Part shown: in pieces, positions 14,795 to 23,516 of the stretch
Position numbering within the stretch: position 1 is the stretch's first letter
Layout of the letters: the number at the start of each line of letters is the position of its first letter
DNA from: Candidatus Saccharimonadota bacterium
GTDB taxonomy: Archaea; Micrarchaeota; Micrarchaeia; Micrarchaeales; Micrarchaeaceae
Direction: 5' to 3'
Assembly: GCA_021654395.1 (NCBI GenBank)
Contig: AP024486.1
Coordinates: forward strand, 60,001 to 92,000
Length of the DNA stretch: 32,000 nt
Translations under genes and position numbers: made by a program
Notes under the pieces: generated by a model
What the model saw: only the letters and a program-made list of their open reading frames with translations
Databases searched by the model: none
Told to the model about the DNA's origin: nothing

Positions 14795-17590
14795 CTATCT
14801 CTGTCCATATCTTGCTAGAAACTCTAGATACTTAGATATGATATCCTGTGGCGCTGATGGCTTTATCTTTCTTATTACTGCTTCTATATCTGCTTGTGTT
14901 ATTATAACATCTTTGCCACCAGATCTTATAGCTTCTTGTAGAGCATTCTCCTTAACCTCTCTGCATATATTTGCTATATCTGAGCCTGTGTATCCGCTTG
15001 TTATCCTTGCTAGATAGTCATAGTCTATATTTGGATCTAAGCTTGTCTTTGATAAGTATCTCTTAAAGAGCTCTGCTCTTTCATTAGCATTAGGAGGTCT
15101 TACATATATCAGCTTATCGAATCTTCCAGGCCTCAACATTGCTGGATCAAGCTTCTCTGGTCTATTAGTTATACCAACTATAACAACTCCTGTTGTAGAG
15201 TTTATCTTATCTATTAGTCTAAGTAGCTCTCCAACTACCTTGGCCTGATCTTGTGTTACCTCGTCTCTGCTTGGAGTTAGTGTATCTATCTCATCTATTA
15301 CTATAATAGAGGGCTTATTCTCTATGGCTTTATAAAATATCTCTCTTAGTATAGATAGAGCTGCCTCTGTACCATTAGACAATAATGTTGATCCAGTTAT
15401 CTCTATAACGTTTATATTCCCTTTACTCTCATTTGCAATAGCCTTTATTAACATACTCTTTCCATTGCCTGGAGGTCCAAAGAGCAAGATACCCGTTGCC
15501 TGCTTTACATCATACTTTGCAACTAGTGATTGGTATAGTAATGGAACCTCTATAGCGTTCTTTATAGCCTTCTTAGCATCTTCTAGCCCGACAACATCAT
15601 CAAGAGTTGGGCCAGTATTCTGTTCAACAGGCTGCTTCTTATATAATGTTCTCTCAAGCTCTAGCCTAAATGACTCATAAGCCTCAAGCATACTTAGTGT
15701 GACAGATGGCTTTATATTCTTCATAGCTTCAAGAAGATCGCTCTGTGTTATAGTTAATATCTTGTGCTCTCTAGATGCCTGCTGCGCCTTCTGCTGTGCA
15801 ACACTCTCACATAGCTCCTTAATATCTGCAGCAGTGTACCTCTCTGACTTCGCTGCTAGCTCATCTATGTTTATATCAGGTGCTACTGGCAGCTTGCTTA
15901 GATAATAAGAGAATATCGCTTTCCTAGCTTCGATATCTGGTGGTGGCACATATATTATCTTACTGAATCTTCCAGGTCTAAGTATTGCTTTATCTAGGAC
16001 TTGAGGTACATTTGTCGCACCCACAACAATTATTCCTTTATTGGCCTCAAATCCATCCATCTCAGTAAGTAGCTGTGTTAATAAGCTGTATGTATTAGCA
16101 CTTGCGGGATCGTCTCTGCTTCTTGCTATAGCATCTATCTCATCTATAAATATTATGCATGGAGCATTTCTCTTTGCTATACTAAATATCATATCTATTG
16201 TCTTCTCTCCAACTCCTGCATACTGAGATATAATATCACTTGCTTTTATATAATAGAACGCTGCCCTAATCTCATTTGCTAAAGCCCTCATTAAAAGTGT
16301 CTTTCCAGTTCCTGGAGGTCCATATAGCAGAATACCTTTAGTTGGTTCTACATTATAAGCTCTTGATATATCTCTCTGCTCTATGGGCCCTATTACACTG
16401 TCGTATAGCTCTTTTTTAACCTCTGTATAGTCTGCGATATCATCAAATTTCTCCTTTATCTGGCCCTTAGCAAGCTCCTCGTAAGATATTCCAAACTTTA
16501 ATCTAGCGTCTTGCTTCTTTATATCTAGTATATGTGAAACATTAAATCCAAAGTTCTCTAATACATATACAGATATAAATCCAACCAGAAATGATGCTAT
16601 AGAGCCTATCTCTAGCAGATTTATAGAATCTAATGATGTTGTGTTAGCATATGTTACTATATATGTCACTGGAAATATTAAGAATGCAAGAGAGGCCTTT
16701 GTAGATACAAACTTTCCCCTATAGCTTGCTATATAGTCAACTATAGCTGCTATTATTATAAAAACAAGCAGATACTCTCCAATATATAAGGCATTCTTGT
16801 ATATCGCATCAAATGCTATAGAAAATATATTATCAACTATATTGCTAGTTGCGTATGTGTTCTTCTCAGCTATGATTATCTCTGAGCCAAACCTAAATAT
16901 TCCCAAATCGGGCTTATTGAATTGATAGTATGTTTCATTAACAGTTGCATTATTGCTATTGAATAGAAGATATGCGCTGTTCTTTATAGATGATGCATAC
17001 TGTATAATAGCTATAGATACTATAGTTATAATGCTTAGATATATTGATCTCTTTAAACCTAGATTTAAATACGATATCATTAAGAAGGGTATAAACAGAA
17101 TATATCCTAACTGACTAAATGCTAATCCTATTAAACCTAATGAGACTATCATAGTCCTATAGTGCATATACCCAAAGAACAGGCTTATACTCATTAGTAT
17201 TATATATAACCATAGGAGACCAGGAACCTGATATGCAACAGCCGGAAGTATAGCAATAAGCAGTGCAAATAGGCTTATAAAAGGACTTAATAGAGACAAT
17301 GCAGCTAAAGCAAGAACAATAAATGGAATCAATACATAAGGATAAAATGGCAACGCTATGAAGACGGCTAATGAGGCAATAAGCATAAGTGCACTATCTC
17401 TTATATAAGGGTTAGATCTTAGATTTATAAGAATGTCTTCTATTCTATAAATAATTAGAGGCAGGTATATCTTTTTAGGACCGTACTTACTTATCGCTGC
17501 CTTTCTCCGCATCGCCTTTAGCTTGCTCCTATTTACATCTATCTCGTTATTAGACTTTGGTGCTTTATTGTCGCCAAGCATATAAAACAT
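14795..17590 (-). CDS. Membrane-anchored tandem AAA+ ATPase: an N-terminal polytopic membrane domain plus Cdc48-like D1 and D2
   Basis: Residues about 66-345 form roughly eight hydrophobic segments by eye. They are followed by Walker A GPPGTGKT and GPPGNGKS, Walker B FIDEID and VIDEID, and two LRPGRF SRH motifs. I see no Cdc48 N-domain and no protease domain. The start could be ATG 17590 or 17581. Confidence 0.85.
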   Translation of the reverse strand: MFYMLGDNKAPKSNNEIDVNRSKLKAMRRKAAISKYGPKKIYLPLIIYRIEDILINLRSNPYIRDSALMLIASLAVFIALPFYPYVLIPFIVLALAALSLLSPFISLFALLIAILPAVAYQVPGLLWLYIILMSISLFFGYMHYRTMIVSLGLIGLAFSQLGYILFIPFLMISYLNLGLKRSIYLSIITIVSIAIIQYASSIKNSAYLLFNSNNATVNETYYQFNKPDLGIFRFGSEIIIAEKNTYATSNIVDNIFSIAFDAIYKNALYIGEYLLVFIIIAAIVDYIASYRGKFVSTKASLAFLIFPVTYIVTYANTTSLDSINLLEIGSIASFLVGFISVYVLENFGFNVSHILDIKKQDARLKFGISYEELAKGQIKEKFDDIADYTEVKKELYDSVIGPIEQRDISRAYNVEPTKGILLYGPPGTGKTLLMRALANEIRAAFYYIKASDIISQYAGVGEKTIDMIFSIAKRNAPCIIFIDEIDAIARSRDDPASANTYSLLTQLLTEMDGFEANKGIIVVGATNVPQVLDKAILRPGRFSKIIYVPPPDIEARKAIFSYYLSKLPVAPDINIDELAAKSERYTAADIKELCESVAQQKAQQASREHKILTITQSDLLEAMKNIKPSVTLSMLEAYESFRLELERTLYKKQPVEQNTGPTLDDVVGLEDAKKAIKNAIEVPLLYQSLVAKYDVKQATGILLFGPPGNGKSMLIKAIANESKGNINVIEITGSTLLSNGTEAALSILREIFYKAIENKPSIIVIDEIDTLTPSRDEVTQDQAKVVGELLRLIDKINSTTGVVIVGITNRPEKLDPAMLRPGRFDKLIYVRPPNANERAELFKRYLSKTSLDPNIDYDYLARITSGYTGSDIANICREVKENALQEAIRSGGKDVIITQADIEAVIRKIKPSAPQDIISKYLEFLARYGQR

Positions 17591-17718
17591 TTCTGATTTT
17601 TAAGACAATCCTTAGCTTAAAGGAAAAAAAATAAAATATAAATCTCTTTATATACTTTATAACTATTAAGTGTTAAATAAATTAAAGCTTACTGCTTTAT
17701 TGAGCTTTAGGTGAATCT

Positions 17719-20511
17719 ATGAGTATAGATCTAGTAGCCATTGAGAATAAATGGAACGAGGAATGGTTAAATAAGAGAATATTCGAAGCAGAGGTGATAG
17801 ACAATAAGAAGCCATACATGATAGTGCCTGCTTTCCCTTATGTAAATGGCAACTTACATATAGGGCATATAAGAACATATACAACTGCGGATGTAGTTGC
17901 AAGATATAAAAGGATGCGTGGCTATAATGTGCTTTATCCGATAGGCTTTCACGCTACAGGTACACCTATAGTTGCTGTAGCAGAGAGGCTCGCAAATAAT
18001 GATCAAGATATGATAAAGCAGCTTAAGAATGATAAGATACCAGAAGATGTTATTCAGAAGATGAGGGATCCTATCGAGATAGTGAACTACTTTATACCAA
18101 GACAGCTAGAAGCATTTAAGAGATACGGGATGAGCATAGATTATAGAAGACAGTTTGTATCTATAGAGCCGCTATTCTCAAAGTTCATAGAGTGGCAGTT
18201 TAATAAGCTGTATGAAAAAGGAGTATTAGTAAAAGGAACGCATTATGTCGGATGGTGCCCTCTAGAGAAAAATGCTGTAGGCCAGCATGATACTAAAGGA
18301 GATGTACAGCCAGAGATAGAGAAGCTTGTAGCAATAAAGTTTAAGTTAAAAGACTCTAACGATTACATACTCTGCTTAACATATAGGCCAGAGACTATAT
18401 TTGGTGCTACTAATCTATTTATAAATAAGAATGCTAAGTATAGAAGAGTTCTTATTGATAATGTTAGCTATATAGTCTCTAACGAGTCTATTATATTTGT
18501 AGAGAATCAGTTTAACAATGTAGAGGTAAAAGATGATGTATTAGATGCATCTAGCTTAGAAGGCAAGCTAGTAGTCAATCCTGTAAATAATGAAGAGATA
18601 CCTATCTGGACTGCTGACTTTGTAGAGCCAGACTTTGGAACTGGTGCAGTAATGTCTGTTCCGATGCATGACGCCTTTGACTATGTATATAGCAAAGTCT
18701 ACGCTACCTCTCACGGCTTAGAGTTAAAGCCTAGAAAGCTTATAGATACAAAGGAGCTAGATCTTGAGAAGCTTATGAATGAAGTTTATAATGAAGCCAC
18801 AGCAAATAACTCTATAAATAGATATATAATAGAGAAGTATAATGAAAGCTTATACAAGAAAGAGTTTAAGGACGGTATTCTAACTATTGAGCCTTATAAA
18901 GGAATGAATGTAAAGGAAGCAAGAGAGAGAGTAAAGGAGTATCTATTAAGCAATGGCTATGCTATAGATTATTACATTATAGCTAATAAAGAGAAGGTTA
19001 AATGCAGATGCGGAGCATTAGTAGTACCTAAGATAATAAATGATCAGTGGTTCATAGACTATGGAAATAAAGAGTGGAAGAAGCTTGCGAAGGAGCTACT
19101 TGATAATGCAATTATATTCCCTGATAAAGCTAGAAAGGCCTTCTACGATGCTGCAGAGTGGATATCTCTAAGGGCTGCAGAGAGATCAAATGGATTAGGA
19201 ACGAGATTTCCGTTTAATAAAGACCATATAATAGAATCTTTATCTGATTCCACTATATACATGACTTTCTATACTTATGTGCATATACTAAGAGATAAGA
19301 AGATAAGACCAGAGCAGCTCAGCTTTGAGTTCTTTGATTATGTTATAAATGGCATTGGAGATCCAGAGACTGTATCAGAGAAGACAGGAATAGATATATC
19401 TACATTAAAAAGTATAAGAGAGAGCTTTAGCTACTGGTATAGCTATGTACATAGGCATTCTGGATATGATCTAATACCAAGCCATCTAACAATGGCAGTA
19501 TTTAATCATGCGCTAATCCTTAACAGAGAGAACTGGCTTAAGGTATTATCAGTAAATGGCTACGTTATAGCAAATAGCGAAAAGATGAGTAAGAGCTTAG
19601 GAAATGTACTACTTGCATTAGATATGGCAGACAAGTACGGCGCAGATGTTGTAAGACTGGCTGTGGCTGCAGGAGCTAATCTATTCTCTGAGTATGATTT
19701 CACAGATGTTGTTGTTAATGGAATAAAGGAGTCTGTGCAGTTCCTTTTCGATCTACTAGACAACATAAGCAGTATGAATGAGACTAAGCTAAAGGCTATA
19801 GACTATTGGCTTTATTCAAAGCTTAATAGAAAGATAAAGGAGGTAACAGAGTATATGGAATCGCTTGAGCTTAGAGAGGCTTATGTAAGGGCTTTCTATG
19901 AGAGTATCAATGAGCTAAAAAGATATATACACTTCAATGGCAATAATCCTGTTGTTATAACAGAGTTTCTAGAGAAGCTTGCCTTACTATTAAATCCTAT
20001 AATGCCACATGTGAGTGAAGAGCTTTGGCATAGATTAGGAAATGAAAGCTTCGCATCTCTAGAGAGCTGGCCTACACCTAATGAGGAGCTTATAGATGAC
20101 TCTATAGAGGCTATGATGGATATAATTGATAGTAATGTAGAGGATATAAAGAGATTAACCTCTATGCTTGCTAAGAAGAATAAGAGCTATAAGAGAATAG
20201 AGATATATATAGCAAAGAAGGAGCTTTACGATATATACAACTCTCTAGTTGAGAATATTAATCCAGAGGAGCTTAAGAATAAGTATAGCAATTATGCAAG
20301 CATAATAGATAACTACACAAAGAAGCTTAAGAAAGGAGGCATGAGATTAAAGCTAGATAAGAGTATGATCTACGAGCTCATGGAGGGTTATAAGGAGCAT
20401 CTCAGATCCATACTTAATACTGATATAGTTATACTAGATTCTGATAATGCAGCAATAAGAGATGATAAGATGGCGCTGCCAGATAAATTCAAGATAAGGA
20501 TCCAGGAATGA
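17719..20511 (+). CDS. leuS: Leucyl-tRNA synthetase, archaeal type
   Basis: The HIGH-type motif NGNLHIGH and KMSKS (SEKMSKSLGN) are present. The CP1 editing insertion is present and the length is about 930 aa. An SD AGGTGA lies 4 nt upstream of the ATG. Confidence 0.95.
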   Translation: MSIDLVAIENKWNEEWLNKRIFEAEVIDNKKPYMIVPAFPYVNGNLHIGHIRTYTTADVVARYKRMRGYNVLYPIGFHATGTPIVAVAERLANNDQDMIKQLKNDKIPEDVIQKMRDPIEIVNYFIPRQLEAFKRYGMSIDYRRQFVSIEPLFSKFIEWQFNKLYEKGVLVKGTHYVGWCPLEKNAVGQHDTKGDVQPEIEKLVAIKFKLKDSNDYILCLTYRPETIFGATNLFINKNAKYRRVLIDNVSYIVSNESIIFVENQFNNVEVKDDVLDASSLEGKLVVNPVNNEEIPIWTADFVEPDFGTGAVMSVPMHDAFDYVYSKVYATSHGLELKPRKLIDTKELDLEKLMNEVYNEATANNSINRYIIEKYNESLYKKEFKDGILTIEPYKGMNVKEARERVKEYLLSNGYAIDYYIIANKEKVKCRCGALVVPKIINDQWFIDYGNKEWKKLAKELLDNAIIFPDKARKAFYDAAEWISLRAAERSNGLGTRFPFNKDHIIESLSDSTIYMTFYTYVHILRDKKIRPEQLSFEFFDYVINGIGDPETVSEKTGIDISTLKSIRESFSYWYSYVHRHSGYDLIPSHLTMAVFNHALILNRENWLKVLSVNGYVIANSEKMSKSLGNVLLALDMADKYGADVVRLAVAAGANLFSEYDFTDVVVNGIKESVQFLFDLLDNISSMNETKLKAIDYWLYSKLNRKIKEVTEYMESLELREAYVRAFYESINELKRYIHFNGNNPVVITEFLEKLALLLNPIMPHVSEELWHRLGNESFASLESWPTPNEELIDDSIEAMMDIIDSNVEDIKRLTSMLAKKNKSYKRIEIYIAKKELYDIYNSLVENINPEELKNKYSNYASIIDNYTKKLKKGGMRLKLDKSMIYELMEGYKEHLRSILNTDIVILDSDNAAIRDDKMALPDKFKIRIQE

Positions 20512-20515
20512 TTCA

Positions 20516-21160
20516 ATGAGCTTAAATGACTATAAGCACTATATCTTTGACTGGGATGGAACCATAATTAGGATAAGGGCGCTGTTTGCAATAAATCAGA
20601 TAAAGAAAAGAATAAATGTAAGCAATCTTTTATACGATATAGAAAGAGATAAAGAAAAGATACTTAATAGATATAGAAATAATAGCAGAGAGTATAAAGT
20701 AATAAATAGAGATGTTAAGAGGCTAGAGAGTCTATTTATAGACATTGTAACTCTATTTTATAGACCAAGATTGCAATATAAGGCAAGAGATGTATTGGAC
20801 AGTCTTTTATATAATAAAAAGTACTTATATATATTAACTGATGCAAATCCCTATAGAATAAAAAAGGAGTTAGATCTATTTAAGCTATATAATAGATTTA
20901 GAGCGGTTGTAAGTACACAGCTATTTAACGCATTTAAACCCGATACTAAGGCATTAATGTATATTATGCATAAGTATAATATACATAAGGATAGAGCATT
21001 ATATATAGGCGATTCTATATACGATATAATAATGGCCCAGGCTTACGGTATAGACCAATGTGCAGTATCTAACGGCATAGATAGTTATGAGAATCTAAAA
21101 AGATTGGAGCCAACCTATATCTTTCATAGTATGGAAGAGCTATATCGAGCTTTGAGATAG
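20516..21160 (+). CDS. HAD-superfamily hydrolase (subfamily IA-like phosphatase)
   Basis: Motif I is FDWDGTI (DxDxT). Motif IV is YIGDSIYDI. The gene starts 4 nt after leuS. Confidence 0.75.
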   Translation: MSLNDYKHYIFDWDGTIIRIRALFAINQIKKRINVSNLLYDIERDKEKILNRYRNNSREYKVINRDVKRLESLFIDIVTLFYRPRLQYKARDVLDSLLYNKKYLYILTDANPYRIKKELDLFKLYNRFRAVVSTQLFNAFKPDTKALMYIMHKYNIHKDRALYIGDSIYDIIMAQAYGIDQCAVSNGIDSYENLKRLEPTYIFHSMEELYRALR

Positions 21161-21170
21161 TTTTTATTAA
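21158..21170 (+). terminator. T5 tract immediately after the HAD stop codon
   Basis: The sequence is TAGTTTTTATTAA. The next promoter-like box follows 25 nt later. Confidence 0.35.
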
Positions 21171-21190
21171 GATAAATTAAGCAAAGCAGT

Positions 21191-21205
21191 AAGCTTTATA
21201 TATTA
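21191..21205 (+). promoter_or_regulatory. BRE/TATA-like box AAGCTTTATATATTA
   Basis: It lies about 50 nt upstream of ATG 21253 and has the same core as the boxes at 2613 and 22809. Confidence 0.4.
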
Positions 21206-21252
21206 TAACTCTGTTATAATCTAAGTATAACTGAGTTATTGAGTGTATCTTT

Positions 21253-22794
21253 ATGAGTAGCATTCAAAGAAGCGATTCTAAAGATAATGAAGCTACTAAA
21301 GATTTCAGCAAGTTATTAAATGATATATTTTTAGACATTATAATAAAAAACAATATTCCTTTCGTATTAACTGATGAGAACCATAATATAAAAAATACTA
21401 TACCATTAGATATACTAGGTGAAGAAGAAAAACGTAAGCTTAAGGAAATTGCAGAGAAGATGTTCAAAGGTGATTCTAAAAAGCTAGAGATAGTTGAAAA
21501 AAATATAGATAAAGTTAATATACTGCTTTTAAAAGCTGCTGAAAGAGAAGGTAAAAATAAAGCATTCAATATAAAGCTTGTGGCTGCTGCCCGCTTGCTC
21601 TTTAATCTATTAGATGATATATCAAAGAAAGTTAAAGAAGGATCTAAAGAAATAAATCTGTATGAAGCGTCATCTGGCAATTTCGCTATATCATTAGCTT
21701 ATCTGCTTCATGAGATAAACAATGAGCTAAAGCGTAGAGGAATAGATGTCAAAATAAAGCTTAATATTGTTATATCTAGATCTTTGCCTGAAGGAGTTAA
21801 AAAGGCGTTAAATGAATATAATGATTCTTTGAATGTTATAGAGATTAATAATGATCAGCTCTGCCCAGCACCAGGATTAAATCAGAATGCAGCAAATGGT
21901 AATATAAGTGGAATAGAGTATGCTAAAAATTTAGCAAAGATTAAAAATGGTATATATATAGGTCAGTATGAGAATCCAAGCGCTGTTGAAGCACATAAAT
22001 TAGTAACAGCATATTCTATAGAGCAAGGTCTTAAGAAGCATAATTTAGACAGTGCTAAATTTGCTGTAATAACTACATTTGGTACTGGTGCTACTGCTTT
22101 AGGTCTAGTAAAAGGGCTAGAAAATAATGAAAGCTTTTCAAAGCTCTATGTTGTATTTCCTGAAAATGATCAGGATGTAGCTGGAATAAGATCAAAAGCC
22201 TCAGTAAAAGGTTTATCTTTTTATGAGCAGATATCAGATGAAGCATATAGATCTAAGGTGGACGAAGTAGAAGTAGATGCTTTTAAGAATGGCTTATTAT
22301 TTGAAGTAGTTGAAAAGTTAGGCGTTGGAGAAAGTACCACACTTAACATTATAGCATTGCTTAATATATTAGCAAATGAAAATATAGAAGCTAAAAACTT
22401 TGTTATAATTCAGCATGATACTGCATCAAAGTATGCCGACTTTATTAAATCTTTAAAGTCTTTTGTGAAAAATGAGTCAAAAGATAATAAACTAGATCTG
22501 TTCTTGATACATAGTAATAAAGTTATAACTAATAGAACAAAGGCAGCGCTTATGTATATATCAAGAGAGCTAGAAGTTAAAATAAATTTAATAGAGTTTG
22601 ATCCAGAAAAGGAAGATATAAAAGCAATAAAGAAAGCATCGTATGCAGTTGTAATGTGCGCTAAAGGTATTAGGTCTTCTACAATAGCAATGCGATTAAC
22701 AAAAGAAGGAGTGAAAGCAAAGGCATATAATGCATATGGAGAGCTTGTGTTTAATCCAGATGATAAGGAAGAGTTAGAAAGCTTAATGAGATAA
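21253..22794 (+). CDS. Fusion protein: N-terminal Lys/Glu-rich extension, a PLP-dependent CysK/CysM-like (tryptophan synthase beta fold) domain and a C-terminal rhodanese-like domain
   Basis: CysK-like blocks are AFNIKLVAA (candidate PLP Lys), EASSGNFAISLAYL (compare TSGNTGIALA), QYENPSAVEAH (compare FxNPANP-x-H) and TFGTGATALGL (compare GTGGT phosphate loop). The C-terminal VVMCAKGIRSSTIAMRLTKEG fits the rhodanese active-site loop C-[RK]-x-G-x-R-S. Confidence 0.6.
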   Translation: MSSIQRSDSKDNEATKDFSKLLNDIFLDIIIKNNIPFVLTDENHNIKNTIPLDILGEEEKRKLKEIAEKMFKGDSKKLEIVEKNIDKVNILLLKAAEREGKNKAFNIKLVAAARLLFNLLDDISKKVKEGSKEINLYEASSGNFAISLAYLLHEINNELKRRGIDVKIKLNIVISRSLPEGVKKALNEYNDSLNVIEINNDQLCPAPGLNQNAANGNISGIEYAKNLAKIKNGIYIGQYENPSAVEAHKLVTAYSIEQGLKKHNLDSAKFAVITTFGTGATALGLVKGLENNESFSKLYVVFPENDQDVAGIRSKASVKGLSFYEQISDEAYRSKVDEVEVDAFKNGLLFEVVEKLGVGESTTLNIIALLNILANENIEAKNFVIIQHDTASKYADFIKSLKSFVKNESKDNKLDLFLIHSNKVITNRTKAALMYISRELEVKINLIEFDPEKEDIKAIKKASYAVVMCAKGIRSSTIAMRLTKEGVKAKAYNAYGELVFNPDDKEELESLMR

Positions 22795-22808
22795 ATTAAA
22801 AAAGTATT

Positions 22809-22826
22809 TAAGCTTTATCTTTATTA
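22809..22826 (+). promoter_or_regulatory. BRE/TATA-like box TAAGCTTTATCTTTATTA for the L1-P0-P1 operon
   Basis: It lies about 55-65 nt upstream of the rpl1 ATG. The core is shared with the boxes at 2613 and 21191. Confidence 0.4.
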
Positions 22827-22867
22827 ATTCTCATAATGCGTTATCCGTTATAACTGCTATAGATAGC

Positions 22868-22874
22868 AGGAGGA
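22868..22874 (+). promoter_or_regulatory. Shine-Dalgarno AGGAGGA for rpl1
   Basis: The sequence is AGGAGGATTGTATG, with 4 nt before the ATG. Confidence 0.6.
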
Positions 22875-22878
22875 TTGT

Positions 22879-23511
22879 ATGGATCTAAATAATATAGTCT
22901 CTACATATCTAGATCAGAATAAGAAGAAAAGAAGATTTCTTCAGACTGTTGATCTAATTGTAAATATAAAGGGTTACGATTTTAGTAAGCAGGAGAACAG
23001 AGCAAACTTTGATATAAGATTACCTAATGGCAGAGGAAGTAAGAAGTTTAATATTGTGATATTTGCAGATGATACTAATATAGTTCAAGCTGCTAACAAG
23101 CTTAATGCAACGGTTATAGATGGAAAGAGCATATCGCAGATGCAGAATGATAAGCAGAAGCTAAAGCTTTTATTGAATAGATATACTATATCATTGGCAC
23201 AGCCAAATCTACTACCAGTAATTGCTAGAGCATTAGGCCCTGTATTAGGACCGAAGGGCAAGCTCCCAAAGCCGATAGCAGGTAACCTAGAGGCAGCAGT
23301 TACAAATGCTATAAATACAGTTAGTATAAAGAGTAAAGGAAAGTATATACCAACTCTTCAATGCGCTGTTGGTACAGAAGACATGGAAAGCAATAAGATT
23401 GTAGAGAATATAGATGCTGTATTGGATGCTATAATAAAGAAGTATGGAAGGAATAATATTAAATCGGTATATATAAAGTTAACTATGGCTGAGCCATTAA
23501 GAATAATGTGA
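22879..23511 (+). CDS. rpl1: Ribosomal protein L1 (uL1)
   Basis: The typical uL1 length and blocks are present (FDIRLPNGRG, LGPVLGPKGKLPKP). It is the first gene of the conserved L1-P0-P1 cluster. Confidence 0.9.
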   Translation: MDLNNIVSTYLDQNKKKRRFLQTVDLIVNIKGYDFSKQENRANFDIRLPNGRGSKKFNIVIFADDTNIVQAANKLNATVIDGKSISQMQNDKQKLKLLLNRYTISLAQPNLLPVIARALGPVLGPKGKLPKPIAGNLEAAVTNAINTVSIKSKGKYIPTLQCAVGTEDMESNKIVENIDAVLDAIIKKYGRNNIKSVYIKLTMAEPLRIM

Positions 23512-23513
23512 TC
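23508..23513 (+). promoter_or_regulatory. Shine-Dalgarno GTGATC for P0, overlapping the rpl1 TGA
   Basis: The sequence is AATGTGATCTATATG. Confidence 0.55.
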
Positions 23514-23516
23514 TAT

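Noticed and set aside
15465-16226. Three + strand ORFs (61-71 aa) inside the membrane AAA gene. The same applies to 12856-13065, 13113-13301, 17717-17902, 19560-19766, 23993-24178, 24683-24889 and 31227-31460 opposite other genes.
   Set aside because: All lie fully within stronger opposite-strand genes. They lack SD or TATA elements and have shadow-ORF composition.
21264-21680. A 138-aa minus-strand ORF opposite the 5' end of the PLP-rhodanese gene.
   Set aside because: Its Ser/Leu/Phe-rich sequence is typical of the antisense of a Lys/Glu-rich region. It has no SD or TATA. The sense ORF continues into recognisable CysK-like motifs.
22827-22878. The rpl1 leader as an L1 autoregulatory 23S-mimic binding site.
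   Set aside because: This is a known mechanism in some methanogens. I could not recognise the L1-binding helix or consensus by eye, so I make no call.
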